From: Selaginella moellendorffii
Taxonomy: Eukaryota > Plantae > Lycopodiophyta
Assembly (NCBI RefSeq): GCF_000143415.4
Contig: NW_003314352.1
Coordinates: forward strand, 364,278-428,277
Direction: 5' to 3'
DNA: 64,000 bases
Each line of letters begins with the position of its first letter. Within the stretch, counting starts at the first letter, position 1. A program made the position numbers and the translations under genes. The notes under the pieces are model-generated. The model was not told where the DNA came from and did no database searches. It saw only the letters and a program-made list of their open reading frames with translations. Shown here piece by piece: positions 1 to 11,472 of the stretch.

Positions 1-81
1 CCATTGAAATGGAGTGCTCAACACTCCAAATCTTTGAAAGAAATCAACGGAACCAACGCTTGCCCGCGATCTTCGACCCGT

Positions 82-229
82 TTGACCGAATCAAAAACGT
101 GGTAGCAAATGTCAAAGGAGAGAGAAAGAGATCTGTACATTAGGTTTTCATGTATTTCTAATTATTAGGGGGCAAATATTAATCATCTCGACTCCGATGC
201 ACAAAGATTCAAATGCGTTGACCTTGACC
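82..229 (+). promoter_or_regulatory. W-box cluster (TTGACC at 82-87, tandem TTGACCTTGACC at 218-229) upstream of the WRKY gene; TATA-like TATAAA at 329-334
   Basis: Exact TTGACY matches upstream of a WRKY gene. W-boxes are the WRKY binding sites and often occur in WRKY promoters. Confidence 0.5.
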
Positions 230-746
230 TCTCTAAACAAATTATAGAGATCAAATTAAATAAGTTGAACTCATTAAGCCTTGGCCGCCACGCGTAGCCG
301 AGCGAACGCAGCGCAGGAAAAATTAAAGTATAAAGGCACTGTTTGTCCGGGTGTCCGGTTCGATTCCTTCCACCATCACCTCTAGCTTTTTATTTTCTTT
401 CGTGTGTGTCGGTCGGTCAGCTCCCGTTGTGGGCGCGAGCGCTCTTTCAGACATGGATCGTCTCTCTTCTTTCTCTTCTAGCGCGAGTTTACTCTAATCC
501 TCTCCGCGTCCCCGCTCGATCCATCGCGCCTCTACTCGCTTTCGATTGATAGGGACTGGGCTGGGCCGCAAATTTGGATCTTTCTTCTCCTTTAGGCTCC
601 ATAAAACCCCCGGGCCTTCTTTCGCTTCGATCGATCGATCGCCTTTGCGCATTCATTTCTCCAAAGGTGATATCTTACAGCCAGTTCCTAGCAGCCCAAT
701 TTGGGGATTTTCTTTCTCTTCCACCGAGATCTCGCAGAGCTCAGAC

Positions 747-2351
747 ATGGAGGTGGTTCATCCGGGAGGGCTGGACGACTTGGATGGATTCCTGAGGCTC
801 TTGGCCAAGCCCGACGCCGATGGCCATGGCGAGGAGCTCCAAGAGGACGATTGCTTCTTCAATCCGGCAGGGCCATCGCCGGCTTGCACTGGCACGATTG
901 GGACCCTGCCTGTCCCCTCCATGGTCTTTCACGGCGCGGAAGCTTTCTCGGGCGCTTCCACCTCTTCCTCCAGCTCCTCGCAATTTCTGCTGCCTGGCCA
1001 GCCCGCCCTCGCCAGCAGCTACAGCTCCTCGCCGGAGCTCCAGGCCCTGCGCAAGGAGCTGGAGCTCCTCGACGATCCCAGCGGCACTGGATTCGAGCTG
1101 GGCGGCAGCGATTTCCAGCAGATGCCGCGATTCGGCTTCAACTACTCGTCGGCGAGCAATGATCCCTCCCCGAGCACCAGCAGCAGCAAAGTGGTCCTCG
1201 ATTCCCTCTCGGAATTCCTCATGCGCGATCACTCGAGCACCGCCACTGGATCGTTGCTTGGATCGGGCAGGGGAGCGATCCACCCGGGCACCCCGAATTC
1301 CTCGATATCCTCCTCCTCCAGCGACGAGCCCATGGAAGCGCTCCATGGAGGAGTGGCGCCCAAGAGAAGAGCCAGCGACGGCGGGGCATCATTGGATCAT
1401 TACGACTCGGCCAGGCAGCAGCCGCAGCCGCAGCAGCAGCAGCAGCAGTAAGTTTCTCTCTCGATCGATCGGTTCGATCGACAGAGTTTTCTTCTCCTCC
1501 GATCACACTGATCGATTTGTTTCGTTGCATTCATTCTCCAGGGCCACCAATCCCAGGAGAAAAGGGAAGAAGAGAAGCCACCAGCCCAGGTATGCCATAC
1601 AAACCAAGAGCGACAAGGAGATCATGGACGATGGCTACCGGTGGAGGAAGTACGGACAAAAGGCCGTCAAGAACAGCCCATACCCAAGGTGCGTACGGCA
1701 GGCCTCCATTGTGAGAGGAGAGAGAGAGAGAGAGAGGCGAGGAATGCGTTGAATTGGGGCCATTGGATTGACCACCTCCACGATCGACGGTGAAATCGAG
1801 ACGAGCATGGGACTCTGCTCCAGTCTCCATGATCAATCCTTGGAACGATTCGACGGCAAAAACGGAGGGAGGGAGAGAGGATCATGGAGAGAATCCAAAA
1901 AGATGCTAATATCGGCTGGTATTGTTCTTTCAGGAGCTACTACCGGTGCACGTACACCAAGTGCCACGTCAAGAAGAGGGTGGAGAGATCCTCCAAAGAT
2001 TCCAGCCTGGTGATCACCACGTACGAGGGCGTTCACACGCACCACAGCCCCGCGGCCATCCGGAGCGGCAGCGCCGAGTCCCAGTACATGAGTTGCGTTT
2101 CCAGGCTCTTGTACAATCACCCCTCCGCCAGCTTTGGCGGCGCCGCCACCGCCACCGGTGCCACCGGTGTCAACGCTAGCAGCAGCATTGCGAATCCGCT
2201 CCTCATGAGCCACCACCAACACCACCAATTTGGAATGCTGGATCCCTCTGCCGCCGCCGCTGGATCTGGATCAATCCTATCCTCGGGCCTCGTGGCGGCG
2301 AGCTCGCCAATGATCGACAAGGGACTTCTGGAGGACATGGTGAGCTTCTAG
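747..2351 (+). CDS. WRKY transcription factor, group IIc-like (exons ~747-1447, 1542-1688, 1934-2351)
   Basis: Spliced translation gives ...[35 protein letters not shown]|[36 protein letters not shown]: WRKYGQK plus a CX4C...HXH finger, with the conserved intron after PR. Ser/Gln-rich N-terminus. Confidence 0.93.
1416..1448 (+). repeat. CAG/CCG trinucleotide repeat encoding polyQ/P at the end of WRKY exon 1
   Basis: cagcagccgcagccgcagcagcagcagcagcag. Confidence 0.8.
1718..1736 (+). repeat. (GA)n microsatellite in WRKY intron 2
   Basis: gagagagagagagagagag. Confidence 0.8.
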
Positions 2352-3554
2352 AGTCCCTCTTTTTCTCTTCTTCTTGGGGGATATTTTGAAACAAGAGCTT
2401 GACAATTTCAACGACGGTAACATCAACACTATTTTGTACATATTTGATTCAGGATAACAAAACTTTCTTTTTAGTTTATATGTTGTCAAGCAAGCATAGC
2501 TTTTGGATCTTGAGTGGAGGGTAAAAGGTGTTAAAAAGAGAAAGCGCAGATCTGTGTTAACTACCCATCCCGATCAGAAAATCAATCGCCCACACGAAGT
2601 TTCGGAAAAGACTTGGCAATGCAACCTTTCTTTTCGTGTTTTACTGTGCCTGTTTGAGATCGGATTTGCTTGTGTATGTGTCTAGCGACGTGTAAATTCT
2701 CTTCGAGCCAAGCCACGAAACTTCGGATAAATTCGTAAAATACAAAAAGGCTTTTACACTTGTGATTGAGGAACAGCTCACTACGTACACAAACAAGATT
2801 AAAAGAGCTCGCGTGTAAGCCAATAAAAAATAATCGGGCTGGTTTGACTTTGAAAGGTTGACTGAACGACTGTGTGTGAACTGACTGACTGACTTTGCTG
2901 GAAAACGGCGGCATGAGCCGGGTCCAACGCCGGGTCTTTGTCCGATCGAAACTATTTTTGTGTGCTTTCTAGGCTTGCTTGCTTGCTTGCACCAGCGGCA
3001 AATCCCAACAATGACAAGGTTATTAATGTAGCAACTCTCGAGGAGACAAACGCGATGGTGAGCACGCGAGTACGGACCCGGGGATCACGGGGAAGTCAAA
3101 CCACGATGAGGTACGGAATGAAAGCAAGGGGCGTTCCTTCTTTTCGGTTGGCGTGTCCGACGTGTTTGCCCACACCGCCTAATGCAGCGTTGTATTCTTT
3201 GAGACTTTCCGCGCGATGGAGACGCGAATTCTCCTTGAAAAGCTCTGGACACGCACGGAACGATGGAGAGATGGTTGTAATCAATCTATTCTTTTGCTGG
3301 CTTCGATCAATTTCCACACCGCCAGCCGCTAGGAAAAGCTTTTTTGATGGCATAAAGCGACGCTGTGGATTGTAGCGAATGTGGGCTCCCCGCGAGCTCC
3401 AGGATCAAACTTTGATGAAGACCACGCGTCCCTGGGGGACACATACACGCAGGAGCGCCGCCCCCCCGCCCCCCTTTTTCATGGAAGCGGCCCGGCGCGT
3501 CAGCAATGACGTCACTGGCAAAAGTGCCACGCTGGCCCTGTGACGTAATTTCCG

Positions 3555-4001
3555 CCGCAGTGCGGGACCTTCACTGCGCCCTCAAATATCGCATGAAATC
3601 GACCTTTGAATTGATGCCAGAGAGGGATCTCGCGCGGCGTTGGACTACGCTGGAATCTATACTATCAGAGGATGCACAACCACATAATCTCAACATTTGC
3701 CCAGTGCGGGCATTTGTGCGAGTTGAGGGCCCTCCACCTCGATCCCTGAAATGATTCTGGATTGGTGAGCGGTATATCGCGACGTTCTTACTCGCCGCAA
3801 AAAAGAAATGGTCACCGTGCCGCATTTAACCAGATAATGGTACAGATTTCTTACTCGTTTTCTTTGCGTTGCGTCGGCCATAGGTATGATACGAAAACCA
3901 GATTGTATGTATGACGTTATTCTTTGCTCAATCACAGTTGTGTTCTGCTGCTGTGTCAATGGTGGTGACAGATTGCCCATCTCCACCATTTTGGCTACAA
4001 A
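3555..4001 (+). pseudogene. Deletion-eroded duplicate of the PPR 3' half plus the PDX3 5' part (source ~6110-7590)
   Basis: Collinear matches: tttgaattgatgccagagagggatctcgcg vs 6241; tttgcccagtgcgggcatttgtgcgagttgagggccctc vs 6391; ctggattggtgagc...gacgttctt...aagaaatgg vs 7151-7209; tcggccatag/ggtatga vs 7419-7439; ccatctccaccattttggctacaaa vs 7565-7589. Confidence 0.8.
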
Positions 4002-5319
4002 GATCCTCATGGGACTGTCCTACGAGATGGACAAACTTTAGCTATAGTTCTTGAAAAGAAAACTCAAGTATAAAACTTTTTTTTCTAAAAGATCCTCACC
4101 ATTTTTTCAGAATGGAATTTGTCTCAATAACTATGGTTTAACAATTTTAATTACAGATCTTGGTTGTAAACTTGCTTGAAATGATCATACAGTGAGCAAA
4201 AGTTCATGAACTATAACTATATATAAGTTGCTCTGAGGTGCATTGGTGGTTTTTGTTTGTGAATGTTAGTTAGAACCTTTCAATTTACCTTGCAAAAGAT
4301 ATTACCTTTCATCAAGGGTACGTCTCAATGTCTTTCCTATAAGAACTTACATTTAGCAATGCAACTCCCTGACGCAGTTAAACTTGAGATACCATCAGTT
4401 TATTGTCAAACTTTGCCATCAGCTGCTTGCATGCAAATCAAGTATGTTTCTGGACATGCATTATGCTTACACTGTGGCTCGGCTTTACTTCCACTACCTC
4501 GTTAAGGGTACCATCAAAGGTTATGATAGAATTAATAATAATCAGCAAACCACAAGGTACACTATGCGGTGTGAAGCCCAATAATATGCCTTCAATTATT
4601 TTTATTGAATATTTGTTAAATTAAGATGAAAGCTGGAGTTTTATTACTTATTAAATTTTGGATCTATTGGCCATTTTTGACAAGTTATGAAAAGCTTTAT
4701 TGAGCCAAGAACGAGCCTGTTTGTTCGAGAAATAGTCCAACCGACAGTATGTATATGCATATAACTTATAAAACCCTCACTCTTAGTTTTCACTTATACA
4801 CTCAACCAATCTCAATTACTAAAAAAAGTGGGTTTTCATTTACTTCCAACATGCACCCAATATTTCCATTTGATTATGATGTCCATTCTACAAATTTTTA
4901 AATCCTTTTGTGACGGAAAAGACCCTTGAGAGAATGAAATTAACTGGAGTTTATTTGACTGGATTTTCTTATAAGAATAGAAGTCATTAAAGTCAAAGCT
5001 AAGTAATTATGTCTTTTGTTATGATTTGGTATTGCTTGTTAATCCAGATATAATATAACCATATGAAAAGAAAGGCATTTTTCAACTTAAGCTCTAAGTG
5101 GAATTTGAAAGGAAAATCATGGTAGCAATAAAATGGTGATCACGCCATGAGGCAGTAAACCATAAGATACGGAATGAAAACTTGTCCAATGCTCGATGGA
5201 GAGGCGAATTGTCGCATGGAACGTTGGAGAAATGGGGGTATAAAACCGGATTGATCGATCGATACCATGGGAACTGCCAGAGAAAGTTTAAAAGCGACGC
5301 AGCCCCCACGTCAGCGCTG

Positions 5320-6921
5320 ATGCGGCTTGTAGACCGCCCGTCCCGCGCCTGGCTCGAGCGAGAGAAGCTTTCCCAGCTGCTGCGATCGTGCTCAAACCTC
5401 GAGCAAGGGAAGCAGATCCACGCTCGCGCGCGCCGGATCGATCTCGAGAAGACGCCACTCCTCGCAAGCCTCCTCATCTCAATGTATACCCGGTGTGGGG
5501 ATCTGGATTCTGCTAGGCAGCTCTTTCAATCGACACCACAGCCAGATATACATGCCAGGAACTCATTAATCACAGCGTACGCCAGAAGCCGAGAAGTTGC
5601 CGACGCCAAGAAGCTCTTCGACGAAGCTCCGGGGAGAAACTCGGCGTCTTGGGCTGTCATGGTGACGGCATTTGCCGGGAGTGGTGATTTGGAAACTGCG
5701 CTGGACGCTTTTAATCGAGCGCCTGGAAGAACTCTAGCGATGTCCACAAGCATGATCGCCGCCAGTGGGCAGATCGACTGCGCGAGAGAAGTATTTGATG
5801 AGATGCTCGAAAGGGATCTAATCGCTTGGAATGCTATGGTCAGTGCGTATGCCCTCGCCGGGCAAATGGATCAAGCGCGCATGGTGTTGGAGAGAATGCC
5901 CGCCCACAGCGTGGCATCGTGCTCGCCGTTGATCCACGCCTACGCATCCAACGGCGATGTTGCGAGCGCCAGGGGCCTGTACGGCCGCGTTGCTGGTGGC
6001 GAGAGCCCGGTACTTTGTACGGCGGTGGCGAGGTTGCTGTGTTCTTGGGAATTTTTCCAGGAGCTGGGCGGGAGGAATGTGATCTCCTGGACGGCGCTGC
6101 TGGATTCCAGCGCGCAGGCGGGCGATCTGGACTGCGCCCTCAGGGTCTTCGAGGCGATGCCGCAGAGGGACGCGATTGCGTGGGGATCGATGATCACGGC
6201 GCTCGCGCGCGCCGGGGATCCCGATCGCGCGAAAACGGTGTTTGAATCGATGCCCGAGAGGGATCTCGCGGCGTGGACCACGATGATCAAGGCATTTGGG
6301 GATCACGCCGACAATGGGCGCCGCGCGGAAGAGATCTATCAGCGGATGCCCAGCCACGACGCCGTGGCAGCAGCGGCGATGATCACAGCCTTTGCGCAGT
6401 GCGGGCATTTGCGCGAGTCGAGGGCCCTCTTCGCGTCGATCCCCGAGTGGAATCTCGATCGGGGCTCCTGGAACACGATGATCGCGGCGTGCGCGCGATA
6501 CGAGCGCGGCAGAGAGGTAGTCGAGCTGCTGCGATCGATGCACTGCGAGGGCGAGGATCCGGACGAGGTCTCTTTCGTGGCGGCGCTGCTCGCGCACAGC
6601 CACACCGGAATGCTGGAGGCCGCGGGCGCGCTGTTCCGATCGATGAGATCGGATCACTGGCTTGATCCATCGCAGGAGCACTATTGGGCAATGATCGACG
6701 TCCTGGCGAGAGTGGGAAGGATTGCCGACGCCGAGGAGCTCGTTAACACCATGCCATTTCTTCCCGATGATGTGGCATGGGCAACGCTGCAGAGGATCGA
6801 TTGCGGTGGCAGCGATGTCGCGGCGGATCGCGCGCTGGGATTGAATCCCAGGAATGGGGTTGCTTATGTTCTCCTGGCCAGCAACTTAAGAAGAACGAAG
6901 GAGAATATACCAGAATCTTAG
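5320..6921 (+). CDS. Pentatricopeptide repeat protein, PLS class with E domain, no DYW (intronless)
   Basis: Tandem ~31-35 aa motifs (e.g. RDLIAWNAMVSAYALAG, RDAIAWGSMITALARAG). C-terminal HYWAMIDVLARVGRIADAEELVNTMPFLPDDVAW...NPRNGVAYVLLASN. First in-frame ATG at 5320 (MRLVDRP). Confidence 0.9.
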   Translation: MRLVDRPSRAWLEREKLSQLLRSCSNLEQGKQIHARARRIDLEKTPLLASLLISMYTRCGDLDSARQLFQSTPQPDIHARNSLITAYARSREVADAKKLFDEAPGRNSASWAVMVTAFAGSGDLETALDAFNRAPGRTLAMSTSMIAASGQIDCAREVFDEMLERDLIAWNAMVSAYALAGQMDQARMVLERMPAHSVASCSPLIHAYASNGDVASARGLYGRVAGGESPVLCTAVARLLCSWEFFQELGGRNVISWTALLDSSAQAGDLDCALRVFEAMPQRDAIAWGSMITALARAGDPDRAKTVFESMPERDLAAWTTMIKAFGDHADNGRRAEEIYQRMPSHDAVAAAAMITAFAQCGHLRESRALFASIPEWNLDRGSWNTMIAACARYERGREVVELLRSMHCEGEDPDEVSFVAALLAHSHTGMLEAAGALFRSMRSDHWLDPSQEHYWAMIDVLARVGRIADAEELVNTMPFLPDDVAWATLQRIDCGGSDVAADRALGLNPRNGVAYVLLASNLRRTKENIPES

Positions 6922-6958
6922 GGCTCTTGCTTCCGGCGCGGCATTATTTGAGTGCGCT

Positions 6959-9256
6959 ATGGCGGTGACGTCTTTCTCTTCCCCCAGATTTGATTGCTAA
7001 GAGCGCTGGGGCGATTTCTCTGTTGCAGCTGCCTGCACTCTTCAGTGCGAGGCATTGCTGGAAATTCGCGAGCTGCTGGAATCGGGGAGCTTCTCGCGCT
7101 AGGGCAGTGAGGTTTTGGGATCAAAAGAATCGCAGCAGCGGTAGAATCAGCTGGATTGGAGAGCGCTCGATTCCCCGACGTTCTTGCTCGACGACGCGCG
7201 AAGAAATGGCGGCAGTGAGCGTGCAGCATTTGCACGACCCCGACTCGATTTCCTATCTCTCGCAATCATCGGCGATCGGAATTGACGAGCATCTCATGGG
7301 GCCGCTTGGATTCAGTGTCGACCAGCTAATGGTAACCTCTCTTTCTTCTTCTCTCTTCTTCTTAAGTTCCTTTTTTTCTCTTTGTTCTTCTCAGGAACTT
7401 GCTGGATTGAGTGTTGCTTCGGCCATAGCTGAGGTATGAAACCAAAACTACATTTATGTGATTCTAATTTTTTCGTTGCAGGTTTATTCTTCTCTCGATC
7501 ACGCTCGTGTTTTACTGCTGTGTGGTCCTGGAAACAACGGTGGTGACGGACTGGTGGCCGCTCGCCATCTCCAACATTTTGGCTACAAACCAAGCATTGT
7601 TTATCCCAAGAGAACTGACAAGCCTCTTTACCACGGCCTCGTAACTCAAGTAGGATTCAAGCTTTTATCTCTCGGAGTTCTAATCCCTCACTGTGTTTTT
7701 CTGTAGCTTGAAAGCTTGTCTGTGCCGTTCCTGTCGCATGAGGATCTTCCCTCGGAGTTAAGCTCCGGTTACGATATTGTCGTGGATGCGATGTTCGGAT
7801 TTTCATTCAAAGGCAAGAATGCGTTCCCTCTCTGTTTGCGGGTTTAAGTAGTCTTGCATTTCCAGGAGTTCCAAGACCTCCTTTCGACAAGCTTGTACAG
7901 CTTTTGACGCGCACGCCAAATGTAGTATCGGTCGATGTTCCATCGGGCTGGCACGTTGAAGAGGGCGATGTTAATGGACTAGGCTTGAATCCAGATATGC
8001 TGGTGCGAAGTTTCCTTTCATTTAGATTCAATACTTATCTGTGGACTGTCCAGGTTTCTCTCACGGCTCCAAAGCTTTGTGCCAAAATGTTTAAAGGTCC
8101 TCATCATTTTCTAGGTGGAAGATTTGTTCCTCCTGCAGTGGTGAATAAGTTTAACTTGAAGCTGCCGCCATATCCTGGAACTTCTCAATGCGTGCGAATC
8201 GGGAGGACACCCCACGTAGATGTTGCGGCTCTGAGAGAGAACTATGTTGGATCCGTTCTGCTCGAGAATCAAGTGAACTCAGATCCCATACAGCAGGTAG
8301 AAAGCTTGAGAAAATCTCTGCTGTGACTCCAATCTTATTAACAATGACGAGTATTTGGATTGCAGTTCAAAGAGTGGTTTGAAGATGCCGTGGCTGCGGG
8401 ATTGCCAGAGCCAAATGCCATGACACTAGCAACCGCCGATGCTGAAGGACGACCGTATGAATTTTTTCGTTCTCTCTTTGTCTTTGTCTTTGATTGTTTA
8501 TTTCTCCCAGCTCTGCTCGGATGGTTTTGTTGAAAGGCTACGATGCTCGAGGGTTTGTTTGGTAAGTTGTTTATACAACACCCTCTTGTACTTATCAAAT
8601 CTTTTCTTTCCTTCGCATATACAGGTACACGAACTACGACAGTCGCAAAGCAAACGAACTCAACTCCAATCCTAATGCGTCGCTCGTGTTTTTTTGGGAC
8701 AGGCTTCATCGCCAGGTCTGTTTTGCCAATTTTTAATCTCTTGTAACGTCGAGCTTCTGCAGGTCCGTGTGGAGGGCGACGTGTCGCCCGTGTCCCGAGA
8801 AGAATCCGATGACTATTTTCACAGCCGACCAAGAGAAAGTCAAATTGGAGCACTCGTAAGCTCACAGGTGAAAACTCTTATTCGATCTTCCTGGCAACTT
8901 AACGCAAAGTTCTTCATGGTTTAGAGCGCTGTGATTTCCGGGAGGCACATTCTGGACGAGTCTTATGAGCAGCTGGTCGCAAAGTATGCGGACAGGTTAG
9001 CACCAATTTCAATTTTGATATGCTAAGCGAGGAGTGCTGGCAGGAGCTTAGCGATTCCAAGGCCGGAGCACTGGGGTGGATTTAGATTGGCTCCGCGTGC
9101 CATAGAATTCTGGCAGGGTCGAGAGTCTCGCCTTCACGACAGGTTAGAAGTTTCTTACAGTTGATGGTTGATAAGTTTGCTCTTGGTTTTGCTAGGATTC
9201 GTTTCACAAGACTAGCAAATTCCAGCGAGTGGAAGATAGAGCGATTGTCACCATAA
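6959..9256 (+). CDS. PDX3: NAD(P)H-hydrate epimerase (YjeF_N) - pyridoxine/pyridoxamine 5'-phosphate oxidase fusion; multi-exon; in-frame ATG at 7206, ATG 6959 is 1 nt out of frame
   Basis: YjeF_N motifs [53 protein letters not shown]. PNPOx motifs [57 protein letters not shown]. Confidence 0.92.
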
Positions 9257-9331
9257 GAGAATCTCTATCATCTCAATCAGGACAATAGAGAAATCGATAT
9301 ACACGTTTAAGTTTAATGGTCAAGTCAATAG

Positions 9332-9361
9332 GAATATCCGGAGCCCCTGATATGGATATGC
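9332..9361. promoter_or_regulatory. Two P1BS (PHR1-binding, GNATATNC) elements upstream of GDPD
   Basis: GAATATCC at 9332-9339 and GGATATGC at 9354-9361; near-match GAATATCG at 9406-9413. Confidence 0.6.
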
Positions 9362-9806
9362 GAAGATCCCCTGGGGAAGATTCGTCCACTTGCCATTGCG
9401 CCCCGGAATATCGACGAGATGGACGACCAGATGCGGCAGGGCAGCTTTAGCGCGTTACTGTGAAAGAGAGGTAAAATTTTTATAAAGAGGAGAAAGAGGG
9501 AAGAAGATCGATGGGTGGAAGAGTGATATCCACATTGCGCTGCTCGTGCTTGATCGATTCGTGTATTGGCGGTTCGCTGCCCAGGCCTCAAGATCCGCTT
9601 AGCGGGAATCAGCGCCGCCTCCTCTCGGCGATCGCGGAAGCAAAGATTGTTCCTGGTATCAATCGCTGACTCCTTCTCCTCTCTCTCTTTCTCTCCCTTT
9701 TCCTGCTTCTCGGAGGAGAGAAGGGATGAATCGATCCCTTTCGGCAAAAAGGGGGGAAAATTTTCATTGAAATATTTCCTTTGCTGCCCTTCCAGAGACC
9801 TTGCAA

Positions 9807-11308
9807 ATGGGAGAAGCCGCGGTGGATTTCTGGGCAGGTAAGGCGATACGGTGTCTCTAGCTTCGCTTTGGATGTGAATCTTTGCCTTTGCAGGGTCGAG
9901 ATGGTTTAATGGCAAGCCCAAGCTCGTCGTGGTTGGCCACCGTGGGTGTGGCAAGAACAAGATCACAGCGCTGGAAGCTGCCGATTCCAGGCCTTCGATC
10001 ATGGAGAACACGATCACCTCGTTCAACATGGCGGCTGCCAATGGAGCCGACTTCGTGGAATTTGATGTCCAGGTAAAAAGAGTACGAGGGTAGTCTATCT
10101 TTTTTTACTTTGAGCTCCTCGTGATATATAACTTCTTTGTGAATTAGGTGACCAAAGATGGACACGCTGTGATCTTCCACGATGATCTGCTCATCACTGA
10201 TGATAGCGTGAGTTTCTTTAAGAAAAACAAATGAGGAGAGTAGAAAGGACTTATCCACTTATCGTTGGCTGTGTCCACAGGTTGAGAGAGCGATAGGAGA
10301 TATGACGTTGCAAGAGTTTCTATCCATTGGCTTCCAGAGAGATGGCCTCCAGGTAGAGAAGTTTGTCTCTTCTCTTGTGTCCGAAGAGATTTAATATTGT
10401 TTCTTCAGGGTGGAAAGTCGCTGTTGCGACGTGCAAGCGATGGGGCTCTGAGGAAATGGACTGTCAGTGTGGACGATTCCTTGTGTACGCTCAAACAGGC
10501 CTTTGAGGAGGTTCATCCCTTCACCGGCTTCAACATCGAGGTGAAGTTCCACGACGTTCTTCCCACGTCAGACGAGGAGCTGGAGCGTGTTATCGGTGCT
10601 ATCCTTTCGGTAATCTAAGAAGCTTTCGAGCTTTCTCCCGTGCAGAAATGGCTAACGCTGCTGATTTTCAGGAAGTGGAGCAGTACGCCGGCGGAAGAAG
10701 GATTTACTTCTCCTCTTTCCATCCCGATGCGGTGGATTTGCTGAGGAAGAAACAGTCGAGATATCCAGTAAGTTCTCTCTTCTTAGCTTTAATTGTTTGT
10801 GATTATCTGATCTCTTCGTGTGTGTTTGTAGGTATTCTTTCTGACCGACGGTGGTGTACAGCTTTACAACGATCCTCGTCGGAATTCAATAGAGGCAGCA
10901 ATCCAAGTCTGCAAGACGAGTAAGCTTCGTTATACTTCGTTTGCTCCAAACTCTGGTGTCTAAACCTTTGTCTCCTCGCTAAACAGGTAACCTCCAAGGG
11001 ATTGTCTCCGAAGTTAAAGCCGTGCTAAACAATCCCAGCGCAGTGGCGCAAGTGAAGCAAGCCGGCCTCTCATTCCTCACTTACGGCGAACTAAAGTACG
11101 TAGTGCGAAATCTTTTTAGTGACCAGCTCTTACACTGTTTAGTTACAGTAACATGGCCGAAGCTCTCCACAAACAAGAAGAGGGTGGTGTGGATGGAGTG
11201 ATTGTAGATCACGTAACGGAGATGGTCACAGCCGCTCGAAAGATGGACAAGGTGGCCACTGCATCCTCTGGAGTTGATTCTTCGCCCGCTGTTAGAGTCG
11301 TGGCGTGA
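9807..11308 (+). CDS. Glycerophosphodiester phosphodiesterase (GDPD1-3-like), multi-exon
   Basis: Spliced translation: VVVGHRGCGKN...IMENTITSFNMAAANGADFVEFDVQ|VTKDGHAVIFHD, GFNIEVKF, IYFSSFHPD, FLTYGEL, GVDGVIVD. Confidence 0.9.
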
Positions 11309-11472
11309 TAAACGAAACTAACAAGGGCTAATCCAATTTTACAAAGCTGTGCGTATACATGACAATCATATTACAAAAGAAGTTTTCTCTTTTCTCCGGG
11401 CTAAACAAAAAGTGAAAAAGAAAAAGGAGAGCTCCTTACACTTGGGAAAGATATTTTGTCCTCCAAAGTCGA

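Noticed and set aside
546-746. WRKY N-terminal extension from TTG at 546 (ORF track)
   Set aside because: Non-AUG start in a pyrimidine-rich leader. The first ATG at 747, in good context, is more plausible.
2938-3375. 145-aa ORF as a gene
   Set aside because: TTG start, no recognisable motif, and no splice structure linking it to anything.
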